39,205 bases of DNA from Bacteroidales bacterium (GTDB lineage: Bacteria > Bacteroidota > Bacteroidia > Bacteroidales > Tenuifilaceae), in NCBI GenBank assembly GCA_043743775.1, contig JAYTVX010000397.1, positions 1 through 39,205 on the forward strand, read 5' to 3'. The notes below the pieces were generated by a model. The model ran no database searches, was not told the origin of the DNA, and worked only from the letters and a program-made list of their open reading frames with translations. The stretch's first letter is position 1. Each line of letters begins with the position of its first letter. Shown here one piece after another: positions 18,917 through 27,110 of the stretch. The translations under genes were made by a program, and so were the position numbers.

Positions 18917-19771
18917 ATGGCAAATGAAAAAACGCGAGTGGCAGGTATTTCGGTTTTTGCCGCACTTTTCTTAACAGGTATTAAACTTGTTGTTGGTATT
19001 ATAACTGGAAGTCTTGGACTTTTATCGGAAGCGTTGCATTCGGGGCTCGATTTAGTAGCAGCTGTGATAACCTATTTCTCAGTAAAAATATCTGATACTC
19101 CGCCCGATAAAAAGCATCACTATGGACATGGTAAGATTGAGAATTTCTCAGCATTCCTTGAGACAATACTTCTTTTAATCACCTGTGCATGGATTATCTA
19201 TGAAGCTTTACACCGATTGATTTCAGGCAATACAGATATCGAGATAAATATTTGGAGTTACATCGTAGTTATAATATCAATCTTAGTAGATGTTACACGC
19301 TCCAGAGCATTGTATCGTGTCGCTAAGAAATATAATAGTCAAGCATTAGAGGCTGATGCCCTTCATTTCTCAACCGATATCTGGAGTTCTGCTGTTGTGC
19401 TTGTTGGTTTGATCTGTGCAAATTTTGGCTTCTTCTTTGCCGATTCAGTTGCTGCTCTTGTCGTTGCTTTAATCGTTATTGTTATCTCTTATAGGTTGGG
19501 TAAACGATCAATGAATGTACTTCTTGACTATGCTCCTGAGGATAAAGTTTCTACAATCAAGGATCTTATTGTTACAATCTCGGAGGTTCATGGATTTAAG
19601 GATTTACGGGTTAGGACTGCAGGAGCAGAGACTTTTGTTAAGGTAACAATCCTGTTAGATTCTAAGTTTACGCTAAGCGAGGTGCATGAAATCTGTGATA
19701 AAGTTGAGGGGGTAATTTGTTCAGAGATTGAAAGGTGCGATGTATCGGTACATGCCGAGCCGTTTGATTAA
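18917..19771 (+). CDS. Cation diffusion facilitator (CDF) family metal efflux transporter
   Basis: 284 aa with six predicted TM segments, HSGLDL and HYGHGKIE motifs, and a C-terminal cytoplasmic domain. Confidence 0.85.
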   Translation: MANEKTRVAGISVFAALFLTGIKLVVGIITGSLGLLSEALHSGLDLVAAVITYFSVKISDTPPDKKHHYGHGKIENFSAFLETILLLITCAWIIYEALHRLISGNTDIEINIWSYIVVIISILVDVTRSRALYRVAKKYNSQALEADALHFSTDIWSSAVVLVGLICANFGFFFADSVAALVVALIVIVISYRLGKRSMNVLLDYAPEDKVSTIKDLIVTISEVHGFKDLRVRTAGAETFVKVTILLDSKFTLSEVHEICDKVEGVICSEIERCDVSVHAEPFD

Positions 19772-19809
19772 TGGGAACGATTTCATGGTAGTTAATAATT
19801 GATAACGAT

Positions 19810-20085
19810 ATGGGACTTGATAATTTATTTGAAAATCACGACAAGCATAAAAGTCATCATCCTTACTGTGAACAGGGGCATCATGATAGCTATAATTATG
19901 CGGGTCGACATGCTGAATATAAGCATCAACAGCAGCAGTACATGAACTATTTTCTGTGCAAGGTTTGGAGTAATAGACAACTACGTTTGCTAGCAATTGT
20001 TTTTGCTTTTCTGGTGATTTTAATAGCGATTGTTCTAATTGCTGTTCTGATACCCTTACTGCATAAACTTGTCGATTTTTTATAA
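19810..20085 (+). CDS. Small His-rich membrane-anchored protein
   Basis: 91 aa with 8 His and 1 Cys in the first 40 residues (HDKHKSHHPYCEQGHH...H...H), then a single C-terminal TM helix (LRLLAIVFAFLVILIAIVLIAVLIPLL). Preferred over the overlapping minus-strand ORF 19721..19996. Confidence 0.5.
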   Translation: MGLDNLFENHDKHKSHHPYCEQGHHDSYNYAGRHAEYKHQQQQYMNYFLCKVWSNRQLRLLAIVFAFLVILIAIVLIAVLIPLLHKLVDFL

Positions 20086-20155
20086 GAGACTGAGTTTAGG
20101 GTGCATTTCTATTTCTTTCGAACAAAAAAAACTATTTAACTATTAAACGATAAGA

Positions 20156-20770
20156 ATGACTGTAATAAAAAGATTATACCAATGGGTTTTACACTGGGCA
20201 CAAACCCCTTACGGGCCAATTGCTTTATTCCTTTTAGCATTTACTGAATCAATATTTTTCCCTATCCCCCCCGATGTGCTACTTATAGTTCTGGTGATGG
20301 GGTGTAGCGCTAAAGCCTTTAGATATGCATTGAACTGTACAATAGGCTCAGTTGCAGGTGCATTTGTTGGTTACTCGGTAGGCTATTTTACCTGGCTGCA
20401 CTCAGATGGGAGTTTTACTGGATTTGCAAATTTCTTTTTTAATAATATTCCGGGATTTTCAGTTGGTTTATATGATAGTATCAAAGCATTATACGACCAA
20501 TGGGGGTTTTGGGTGATATTTACGGCAGGATTTACCCCGATTCCCTATAAGGTATTTACCATTACTGCTGGTGTATTTGACTTAAACCTTTTGATGTTCT
20601 TTCTTGCTTCGTTGATAGGTCGTGGCGCAAGGTTTTTTCTTGTAGCATTCCTAATCTGGAAGTTTGGACCAAGCATTAAGTTATTTATCCAGAAGTATTT
20701 TAACCTTCTAGCGTTGGGATTTACTGCATGCTTAATAGGTGGTTTTGTGGCAATAAAATATGTGCTGTGA
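20156..20770 (+). CDS. YqaA-family (DedA/SNARE-associated-like) inner-membrane protein
   Basis: 204 aa with WAQTPYGPIALFLLAFTESIFFPIPPDVLL, typical of YqaA, and multiple TM helices. Confidence 0.7.
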   Translation: MTVIKRLYQWVLHWAQTPYGPIALFLLAFTESIFFPIPPDVLLIVLVMGCSAKAFRYALNCTIGSVAGAFVGYSVGYFTWLHSDGSFTGFANFFFNNIPGFSVGLYDSIKALYDQWGFWVIFTAGFTPIPYKVFTITAGVFDLNLLMFFLASLIGRGARFFLVAFLIWKFGPSIKLFIQKYFNLLALGFTACLIGGFVAIKYVL

Positions 20771-20861
20771 TAGGTTCAGTATAAATATTAAAGAACAGAT
20801 TAATGGTTTAATTATAAACTTTTATCATTTAACCTTTGTTATAATATAAACCCTAATAACT

Positions 20862-21545
20862 ATGATCTCAGCCAAAGATAAACTCGCCGATATTATTTGT
20901 CGTAATATCGACCTATTACCAATTACCTTCAGATTTGGTATCAACTCAAACATTGGTCAAACTTCAATTGACGAGATATGTTCTGGAAAAGGGATTGATC
21001 TTGATTTCTTCCTATCAGTAATTAACACCTACAATTCGAGCAATTATTTTCCAAATACCGATACAATTAACCTTAAGCTTCTGACCGATTTCTTGACCAA
21101 AACACATGATTATCATAAGATTATTACTATTCCTCGACTTCGTGAGTTAATGCATGCATTAAAAAGTAAACTTCCCGATAAAGAGTTAATTGTTACACTT
21201 GAAAAATACCTCAATGAGTATATCAAAAAATTAATCGCTCATATAGATTTTGAGGAGAATAATATCTTCCCACTTGTTGATATAGTCAATTGTAAAGGGG
21301 CTGATAAAAGGGACAAAACCTCTTTGAGTAATCTTAAAAAATTATTTAGTCAACACGTTAATGTCGAGACCGAGATTGGCGATTTGATAATGATAATCAT
21401 TCAGCATATTCCTGAAGATTCGAGCGTTCAGCTGTACCACGAAATCTTACATACCTTATCTCACTTCGAAAAGGAACAGATTGATCATGCTCGTTTTGAG
21501 GATAAAATTCTTGTTCCAAGATTATTGAAACTGCACGCAATCTAG
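20862..21545 (+). CDS. Hemerythrin-like di-iron protein (RIC/ScdA-like architecture)
   Basis: 227 aa. The N-terminus (LADIICRNIDLLPITFRFGI) resembles the ScdA N-domain. His/Glu ligand-like motifs: THDYH, HIDFEENNIFP, QH...E, HFEKEQIDHARFEDKILVP. Confidence 0.55.
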   Translation: MISAKDKLADIICRNIDLLPITFRFGINSNIGQTSIDEICSGKGIDLDFFLSVINTYNSSNYFPNTDTINLKLLTDFLTKTHDYHKIITIPRLRELMHALKSKLPDKELIVTLEKYLNEYIKKLIAHIDFEENNIFPLVDIVNCKGADKRDKTSLSNLKKLFSQHVNVETEIGDLIMIIIQHIPEDSSVQLYHEILHTLSHFEKEQIDHARFEDKILVPRLLKLHAI

Positions 21546-21549
21546 ATTT

Positions 21550-22116
21550 ATGGCCTGTCGTAGCTGCATAATAATACATCAATCGCCTATTGTTCAGAAT
21601 GGGCTAAATGCTATTGTACAAACCCTTAAGATCGATCTTCGTGATGTTTTGGTTGATTATCCCAACTGTAAATTTTTATTGGAGTGGACAAATTCTATCG
21701 TGCTAATAGATACAAAGTATCAAGAATTTATCCAAAAGCACCTAAAATATCTACAAAAACGTAATAATGCGATTATTGGAATAGATTTTACCGAATCACC
21801 ACAATCCGATTTATCGGCTTTTGATGAGGTTGTTTTTAAAACCGATAGTCAAAGTACTATCTTCAGTAAACTCAGTAGGTTTACAGATAAGAGAATCGAG
21901 AAAGGAGCAAGTAATCAATTATCAATTCGAGAGCGTGAAGTACTTAGGTTGGTTGCTCAGGGCAATAGCAATAAGAACATAGCTGAAAAGTTATTCATAA
22001 GCATTCACACAGTCATTACTCATCGTAAACATATAACAAGTAAACTTGGTGTTAAATCAATATCAGGATTAACACTCTATGCTGCAATTAATAACATAAT
22101 AGATAAGCCTCTTTAA
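21550..22116 (+). CDS. LuxR/GerE-family transcriptional regulator with an atypical receiver-like N-terminal domain
   Basis: C-terminal HTH: LSIREREVLRLVAQGNSNKNIAEKLFISIHTVITHRKHITSKLGV. The N-terminus is REC-like, but the usual acidic pair reads HQ (IIIHQSPIV). The gene starts 4 nt after the upstream stop. Confidence 0.8.
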   Translation: MACRSCIIIHQSPIVQNGLNAIVQTLKIDLRDVLVDYPNCKFLLEWTNSIVLIDTKYQEFIQKHLKYLQKRNNAIIGIDFTESPQSDLSAFDEVVFKTDSQSTIFSKLSRFTDKRIEKGASNQLSIREREVLRLVAQGNSNKNIAEKLFISIHTVITHRKHITSKLGVKSISGLTLYAAINNIIDKPL

Positions 22117-22190
22117 TATACCTATAAATAGGGATTGTAGACCATTTATATTGCGATTTACTTTGCACTCAAACAAAACTTAAACGAATC

Positions 22191-23006
22191 ATGAGTGCAA
22201 TTAATTTATTCTCAAAGAACCTTGTTCTTTTTACCTTTTTGAGTTTACCCCTTTTACCCATGGCACAGGATCGGATTTTTACCTACACCTACCAGAGTGC
22301 AGTTCTTAATAAAGGTCAGCGTGAGCTGGAGGTTTGGAATACCCTTCGTTCAGGAAGAACTGATTATTATACCCGTTTAGATAATCGAACGGAGTTTGAG
22401 GTAGGACTTGGGAGTAAGCTACAAACTTCGTTTTATTTAAATCTTACATCAATAACTCAAACTGTTGAGGAGGCTGCCGTAAAATCCAACACAACTGAGC
22501 ATGAGATTAGCTTCTCAAATGAGTGGAAGTTGAAGTTGATGGATCCCGTTGCAAACCCAATTGGTCTTGCATTATATGCTGAATATGGGATTGGAAGTAG
22601 TGAGTATGAGTTTGAGGGTAAACTTATCCTTGATAAGAAGGTAAATAACCTTACTATTGCCACTAATGCTGTTTATGAAATGGAAATTGCCCCTGAATAT
22701 GTGAATAATAGTTCAGTGTGGAATAAAGAAAACAAACTTGATTATTATTTAGCTTTTGGATATGCATTAAGCCCAAAATTCCAACTTACAATGGAAAATG
22801 CTTTTAGGAATGTTTATGTGGAAAAGGAATTGGAGCATAGCGCCCTTTTCTCAGGTCTGGGTTTCTCTTATGTACAGGATAACTTTTGGTTGAATTTTAC
22901 TGTTCTACCTCAGATCAAATCGTTTAAAGGTGCAACCAGCAGTTTCTTAAATCTTAATGAATATGAAAAAATTCAGTTCAGATTGCTTTTCTCATACGCT
23001 TTCTAG
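22191..23006 (+). CDS. Small outer-membrane beta-barrel protein (hypothetical)
   Basis: 271 aa with a signal peptide (LVLFTFLSLPLLPMAQD), an alternating beta-strand pattern, and a C-terminal ...FRLLFSYAF with terminal Phe, typical of OMPs. Confidence 0.6.
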   Translation: MSAINLFSKNLVLFTFLSLPLLPMAQDRIFTYTYQSAVLNKGQRELEVWNTLRSGRTDYYTRLDNRTEFEVGLGSKLQTSFYLNLTSITQTVEEAAVKSNTTEHEISFSNEWKLKLMDPVANPIGLALYAEYGIGSSEYEFEGKLILDKKVNNLTIATNAVYEMEIAPEYVNNSSVWNKENKLDYYLAFGYALSPKFQLTMENAFRNVYVEKELEHSALFSGLGFSYVQDNFWLNFTVLPQIKSFKGATSSFLNLNEYEKIQFRLLFSYAF

Positions 23007-23298
23007 AAGATGGTTGGTAATGTGTCTATCAATTTTTTTAACAGGATTTATATACGCATGTGCTACCGCTTTATATATTCCATGCAAAAATCAAAGTGTT
23101 TCCAAAGAGAATTTACAGGAGATGATAGATGGACGGATTACCTATATTAATAAATGTGGAGGATGCCATTCATTGGTTGTTCCTGAAAAGTATAGTGCTA
23201 TAGAATGGTGTAAATGGGTTGATAAAATGGAACCTAAGGCGAAGTTGACTTCAAAAGAAAAGATCGATATCCTTAAATATTTATCAATGGGAAAATAA
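22957..23298 (+). CDS. Small lipoprotein-like protein with a c-type heme-binding motif (CxxCH)
   Basis: Contains KCGGCHSLVVP and downstream Met residues. The likely true start is MCLSIFLTGFIYAC at 23020. The ORF-track start overlaps the upstream gene by 50 nt. Confidence 0.55.
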   Translation: MNMKKFSSDCFSHTLSRRWLVMCLSIFLTGFIYACATALYIPCKNQSVSKENLQEMIDGRITYINKCGGCHSLVVPEKYSAIEWCKWVDKMEPKAKLTSKEKIDILKYLSMGK

Positions 23299-23331
23299 TA
23301 GAATTTCTGATCAAATAATAAGATAAAAGAA

Positions 23332-23354
23332 AATGCCCTTCTTTGAAGGGCATT
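23332..23354. terminator. Bidirectional intrinsic terminator between the cytochrome-like gene and gatD
   Basis: AATGCCCTT-CTTTG-AAGGGCATT is a perfect 9-bp stem. The minus strand continues with TTTTCTTTT (5 nt after the gatD stop) and the plus strand with CCTTTT. Confidence 0.8.
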
Positions 23355-23358
23355 CCTT

Positions 23359-24741
23359 TTATTTCCTAAATCTCCTTATAAATGCTTCCACTTCAGGAAC
23401 GCCACCCTGATAAATAAGATAACCATTGTACGGTTCTCTTTGGGTGATTTCATCGTTAATGGGGGTTAGCATCATTTTTTTCACCTCCTCACGGTCGTTG
23501 GTTTGGCCAAGAACCCAACCCAACTTGATATAGGCTGTTTCGGGGAGCATGTTTTCAAGAGGGACAATCCCTTTCGCCATTAGGTCGCGACCGGTATCGT
23601 AAACGTACATATGAACAAATCCCCAAAGGGTTTGCACGGTCATGAAGACATGAACGCCTTTCTTATAGGCTCGTTCAATTGCAGGGTAAAGCGGTTTGTT
23701 GATGTGTCCAAGTCCTGTTCCCGCAATAATAATCCCTTTGTAACCATTGTCCACTAAAGAATCAATGATATCGGGTTGCATGTTGGGGTAGTAGTAAACA
23801 ATGGTAACCTTTTCATCGAAAAAGGGCATTATCTTAACTTTTCTATCCTTTCGGCGATGGTTGTAATCCTCTTTAATTGGAACAACTCCTTTACGACTTA
23901 CTGTTGCAATGGGGGTGTCGCCAATGGTACGGAAGGTGCTTCGGTACGATGAGTGCATCTTACGTACACGTGTTCCCCTGTGTAAAAAACCATATTCATC
24001 GGAGGTTGGACCAAACATACATACCATCACCTCTGCGATATCGGAATGACCTGCAGCTGTAGTGGCATGCATCAGGTTAAGAGCGGCATCGCTGCTAGGG
24101 CGGTCGGAACTACGTTGTGAACCTACTAGAATAATTGGTACAGGAGGATTCTGAACCATAAACGTAAGTGCTGCTGCAGTATGGCTTAGCGTATCGGTTC
24201 CATGACCGATGATAATACCATCAATCCCGTTTTCGATCTCTTTACCAATGGCAATGGCAAGCGTTTTATACTGTTCAGGGCCCATATTCTCGCTGAAAAC
24301 AGCAAAAAGTTTATCCGTTGTCAGATTGCAGATATCGGCTAACTCGGGGACAGCACCATAAAGTTCACCAGGAGAGAATGCTGGAATAACAGCACCTGTC
24401 CTATAATCGAGACGGGATGCAATTGTTCCTCCAGTTCCTAAAAGTTTCACCTTTGGCAAATTCGGTGTGACAGGGAATTCCTTTTCAGGAATCTTGTAAG
24501 TAGCCTTGAAGTATCCAGTCTCTTTCATCCCCTTGATGGTAACAATATCGATCCCGATATTGTACCCAGTCTCAATTTTTAGAACGATATGCTGATCGTC
24601 ATCATTCTCGGAGCGGGGAAGGACAGTTCCTTTAAATTCACCACGGGTTGTATCAATTACCGCTTTACCCCAAACGCGAACATTATATTTTTTAAGCACC
24701 TCGAGGGCTTTGCCTTTATATCCTTGAAAAATATCTTCCAT
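23359..24741 (-). CDS. gatD: Glutamyl-tRNA(Gln) amidotransferase subunit D (archaeal-type GatD)
   Basis: 460 aa. GatD-specific N-terminal domain (GEFKGTVLPRSENDDDQHIVLKIETGYNIGIDI) plus an asparaginase-type domain with LGTGGTIAS, GHGTDTL, GSQRSSDRPSSDA and VRKMHSS. It aligns from memory along its full length with archaeal GatD and sits next to gatE. Confidence 0.9.
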   Translation of the reverse strand: MEDIFQGYKGKALEVLKKYNVRVWGKAVIDTTRGEFKGTVLPRSENDDDQHIVLKIETGYNIGIDIVTIKGMKETGYFKATYKIPEKEFPVTPNLPKVKLLGTGGTIASRLDYRTGAVIPAFSPGELYGAVPELADICNLTTDKLFAVFSENMGPEQYKTLAIAIGKEIENGIDGIIIGHGTDTLSHTAAALTFMVQNPPVPIILVGSQRSSDRPSSDAALNLMHATTAAGHSDIAEVMVCMFGPTSDEYGFLHRGTRVRKMHSSYRSTFRTIGDTPIATVSRKGVVPIKEDYNHRRKDRKVKIMPFFDEKVTIVYYYPNMQPDIIDSLVDNGYKGIIIAGTGLGHINKPLYPAIERAYKKGVHVFMTVQTLWGFVHMYVYDTGRDLMAKGIVPLENMLPETAYIKLGWVLGQTNDREEVKKMMLTPINDEITQREPYNGYLIYQGGVPEVEAFIRRFRK

Positions 24742-24782
24742 TGTTACAGATTTATGCAGTTAAATAGGATTGTAAATAATTA

Positions 24783-24849
24783 CCCCTCTTTGTCTCCCCT
24801 TGAAAAGGGGAGAATCCCCTCCTTTTTAAGGGAGGGGTTGGGGAGGTTG
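24783..24849. repeat. GC-rich double-hairpin (REP-like) element in the gatE-gatD spacer
   Basis: Hairpin 1: TCTCCCCT-TGAAA-AGGGGAGA (24793-24813). Hairpin 2: CCCCTCC-TTTTTAA-GGAGGGG (24816-24837). Poly-G/poly-C blocks contrast with the AT-rich flanks. Confidence 0.6.
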
Positions 24850-24894
24850 TTTTATTATCTAAGCAACATTTTCATATTAAAACAATAATTGGAC

Positions 24895-26898
24895 TTAAAC
24901 CTTAGCCAATTTTTTTTCGATGTTCTTCTTTAAATCTTTAAGGGCAACATTTCCGAGTGCTTGACGGTTGAGCTGTCCCATAACCCAGTTTAAGGGTATT
25001 TCTGGTGAGTTACTTTTTGAGAGTTTAATTTCCCTAAACTTCTCAAGAAGGTATTCAACTGGGGCAAGCAATTCATCGTTGGTGCGTCGTTTAAAGTTGA
25101 TACTTGTTAGCACCGAGTCGAAATCCATATTCGGGTGCTGGTAGATGGTGGGTAGCATCAATTTTGCAATCGAAGGCTGTAGCTTCTGCTTGTTGAGGAA
25201 ATCGAACATCTCAACAATTCGATTGTAGGTGAAATCGTTATGCTTCTCGATTTTTCCTTCAACGTATTTAAGTGAATGTCCAAGGAAGGTTCCGGCAAAT
25301 CGTCCTGTAATGCCTATTTTTACTAGCTGCTCAATTATGGGAACAAGATTCTTCTTAAGAAGATAGGTGTAGGTATCGGATGGTATATTCCAATCCTTCA
25401 TCTGCTTATACCTATCAGCAATATCCATTGGGATACGCTTTTCGAGCATGTCGATATAGCTTTGCTCGAGTGGGATAGGAGCAGAGTCAGTATCGGGGTA
25501 CATACGATCGGCACCTGGTAGAACTCTTTCGAATAGGGTCGTTCCATTGGATAGCGGTTGACGAGTTTCTCTTGGAACACCATCAAATGCCATCTTGCAA
25601 CGTTCCTGAATGACGTCTAAAGCCGTTGGAATATCACTTTCAATCCCCCAAATTAGAACAATCGCATCATCATCAGACGCGTTTAGTATTGTAGCTAAAA
25701 TATCAAGGTCTTTTGAACAAAGCGGGATATCCAAATCTTCGGAACTGGTGATGTTTGGTTTTTCTATACCGGCAATCACCTTTAATCGATCACTGAGCTC
25801 ATTGGTAAAACATTTGCCAGGTTGTGTAAAGTGAGAAAGAATCCCCTTGAATTGAGGTAGACAAATTGCATAAACCTTGAATCCATCATCAATGTAGCTA
25901 ATTACTAGTTCATTCTCAAGACCAATGTCACGAGGATCGATCTCAGCAGTCTTCATTGCCCAGCTAGCTGGTGTTTTAACCTTTTCGAGAAGAAGTTTTC
26001 GGACGTTAAGCAGCGCCCATTGCCGAAAGCACTCATTATGGGATAGTTCAGGAATCCATTTGATATGCGAAACCCCTTTTATCTCAACCCTAGTTCCTCC
26101 CTCGCAGCTAACGTTGGTGTCCTGGCGCGCAGCGCCCATACCTGTGCGAACCTTGCCCGTGCTTCGGTTTAGAAAGCGAATGTATTCGCCTGCTTCACGA
26201 AGCTCATCGGGGGTAAAGCATTCGGGGTGGGTAACCGTCTCAATCAAAGGCATACCCAACCTATCGGTTTTGTATATTCGTTGATGTCCAATATCTGAAA
26301 TCTCGCGGCACGAATCCTCCTCAATGCTGAGCTGTATTAGACCAACCGTTTTATTCTTAAGCTGAATTCTTCCCTCAACCCCAAGAATTGCAGTACGCTG
26401 AAATCCTGTAGGAATTGATCCATCGAGGTACTGCTTGCGCGTGATGTGAACCTCCCCAACGATATTGAGTTTGCTCAGTAACGAAATTTCAAGGGCAAAC
26501 TCCAACGCTTCCCGGTTAATGGGGAAAGGAGGAGTGTCGTCAATTTCGTATGTACATGTGGTTTGGTTATGTAAACGGTAGGTAATCTCCTTACGGGTTT
26601 TAAACTCCATTAACGCAGTACCATCGTACTCACCCATCTCGCTAAGCGTTGGCCGCATGTGACGGATAATCTCAGCATGGTAATCGTTGCTATTGTGGAA
26701 AATACCGGCAGGACAACGGCAGAAAAGTTTCTTCTTGGTTTTTAGCTGTTGGTGTACCTCCAGACCAGATTTAAAACCTATCCGCTTGTAATCTTCTGAC
26801 TTGGCTTTCAATCGGCTAACGTAACCGATAGATTTCATAGTGCTTATGTAGTTCTTATGCGGGTCGAACTTTTTAACGGGGGATGAACCTTTTTTCAT
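24895..26898 (-). CDS. gatE: Glutamyl-tRNA(Gln) amidotransferase subunit E (archaeal-type GatE)
   Basis: 667 aa. GatB/E cradle motifs: GLEVHQQLKTKKKLFCRCP, DDTPPFPINREALE, TGFQRTAILG, DRLGMPLIETVT, GAARQDTNVS...RVEIKGV. It also has the GatE-type ~150-aa insertion before the helical tail. It is far longer than GatB and is paired with an asparaginase-type GatD. Confidence 0.9.
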   Translation of the reverse strand: MKKGSSPVKKFDPHKNYISTMKSIGYVSRLKAKSEDYKRIGFKSGLEVHQQLKTKKKLFCRCPAGIFHNSNDYHAEIIRHMRPTLSEMGEYDGTALMEFKTRKEITYRLHNQTTCTYEIDDTPPFPINREALEFALEISLLSKLNIVGEVHITRKQYLDGSIPTGFQRTAILGVEGRIQLKNKTVGLIQLSIEEDSCREISDIGHQRIYKTDRLGMPLIETVTHPECFTPDELREAGEYIRFLNRSTGKVRTGMGAARQDTNVSCEGGTRVEIKGVSHIKWIPELSHNECFRQWALLNVRKLLLEKVKTPASWAMKTAEIDPRDIGLENELVISYIDDGFKVYAICLPQFKGILSHFTQPGKCFTNELSDRLKVIAGIEKPNITSSEDLDIPLCSKDLDILATILNASDDDAIVLIWGIESDIPTALDVIQERCKMAFDGVPRETRQPLSNGTTLFERVLPGADRMYPDTDSAPIPLEQSYIDMLEKRIPMDIADRYKQMKDWNIPSDTYTYLLKKNLVPIIEQLVKIGITGRFAGTFLGHSLKYVEGKIEKHNDFTYNRIVEMFDFLNKQKLQPSIAKLMLPTIYQHPNMDFDSVLTSINFKRRTNDELLAPVEYLLEKFREIKLSKSNSPEIPLNWVMGQLNRQALGNVALKDLKKNIEKKLAKV

Positions 26899-27070
26899 TT
26901 TGAATAGAAGTTAGAATTGCTAAAAATGCCCCAAAAAAGGCAGCTCTAAATTAGCTTTGTTTCTGGTGATTGCAAAATAAGTATCGGGTTACAAATGACA
27001 AATTATATAACAGGTGTTAAAAATGGAAACATTATTTAGGGTATTATTTTTCTTAATCCCTTAATTTTCA

Positions 27071-27078
27071 TAAATTTG
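27071..27078 (+). promoter_or_regulatory. Candidate -7 promoter box
   Basis: TAAATTTG (TAnnTTTG) lies 33 nt upstream of the ATG at 27111. Confidence 0.4.
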
Positions 27079-27110
27079 GTTTGAATTAGCGTAAGGGCAA
27101 TCATTTTTTT

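Noticed and set aside
19721-19996. Minus-strand 91-aa ORF overlapping the CDF 3' end and the His-rich ORF
   Set aside because: It overlaps two plus-strand genes. The plus-strand alternative has a clean TM helix and a coherent His-rich composition, while this one has no features.
23877-26284. ORFs 23877..24062, 24589..24888, 25398..25586, 25610..25834 and 25925..26284 within gatD/gatE
   Set aside because: They are antisense or off-frame to two ORFs with full-length similarity to GatD and GatE. ORF 24589..24888 merely reads through the GC-rich spacer hairpins.
23359-26898. Alternative reading of the pair as ordinary bacterial GatB plus a type-I L-asparaginase
   Set aside because: GatB is about 180 aa shorter, lacks the ~150-aa insertion seen here, and partners with amidase-type GatA and GatC. 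A plain AnsA lacks the ~95-aa N-terminal domain present here. The adjacency of the two genes fits GatDE.
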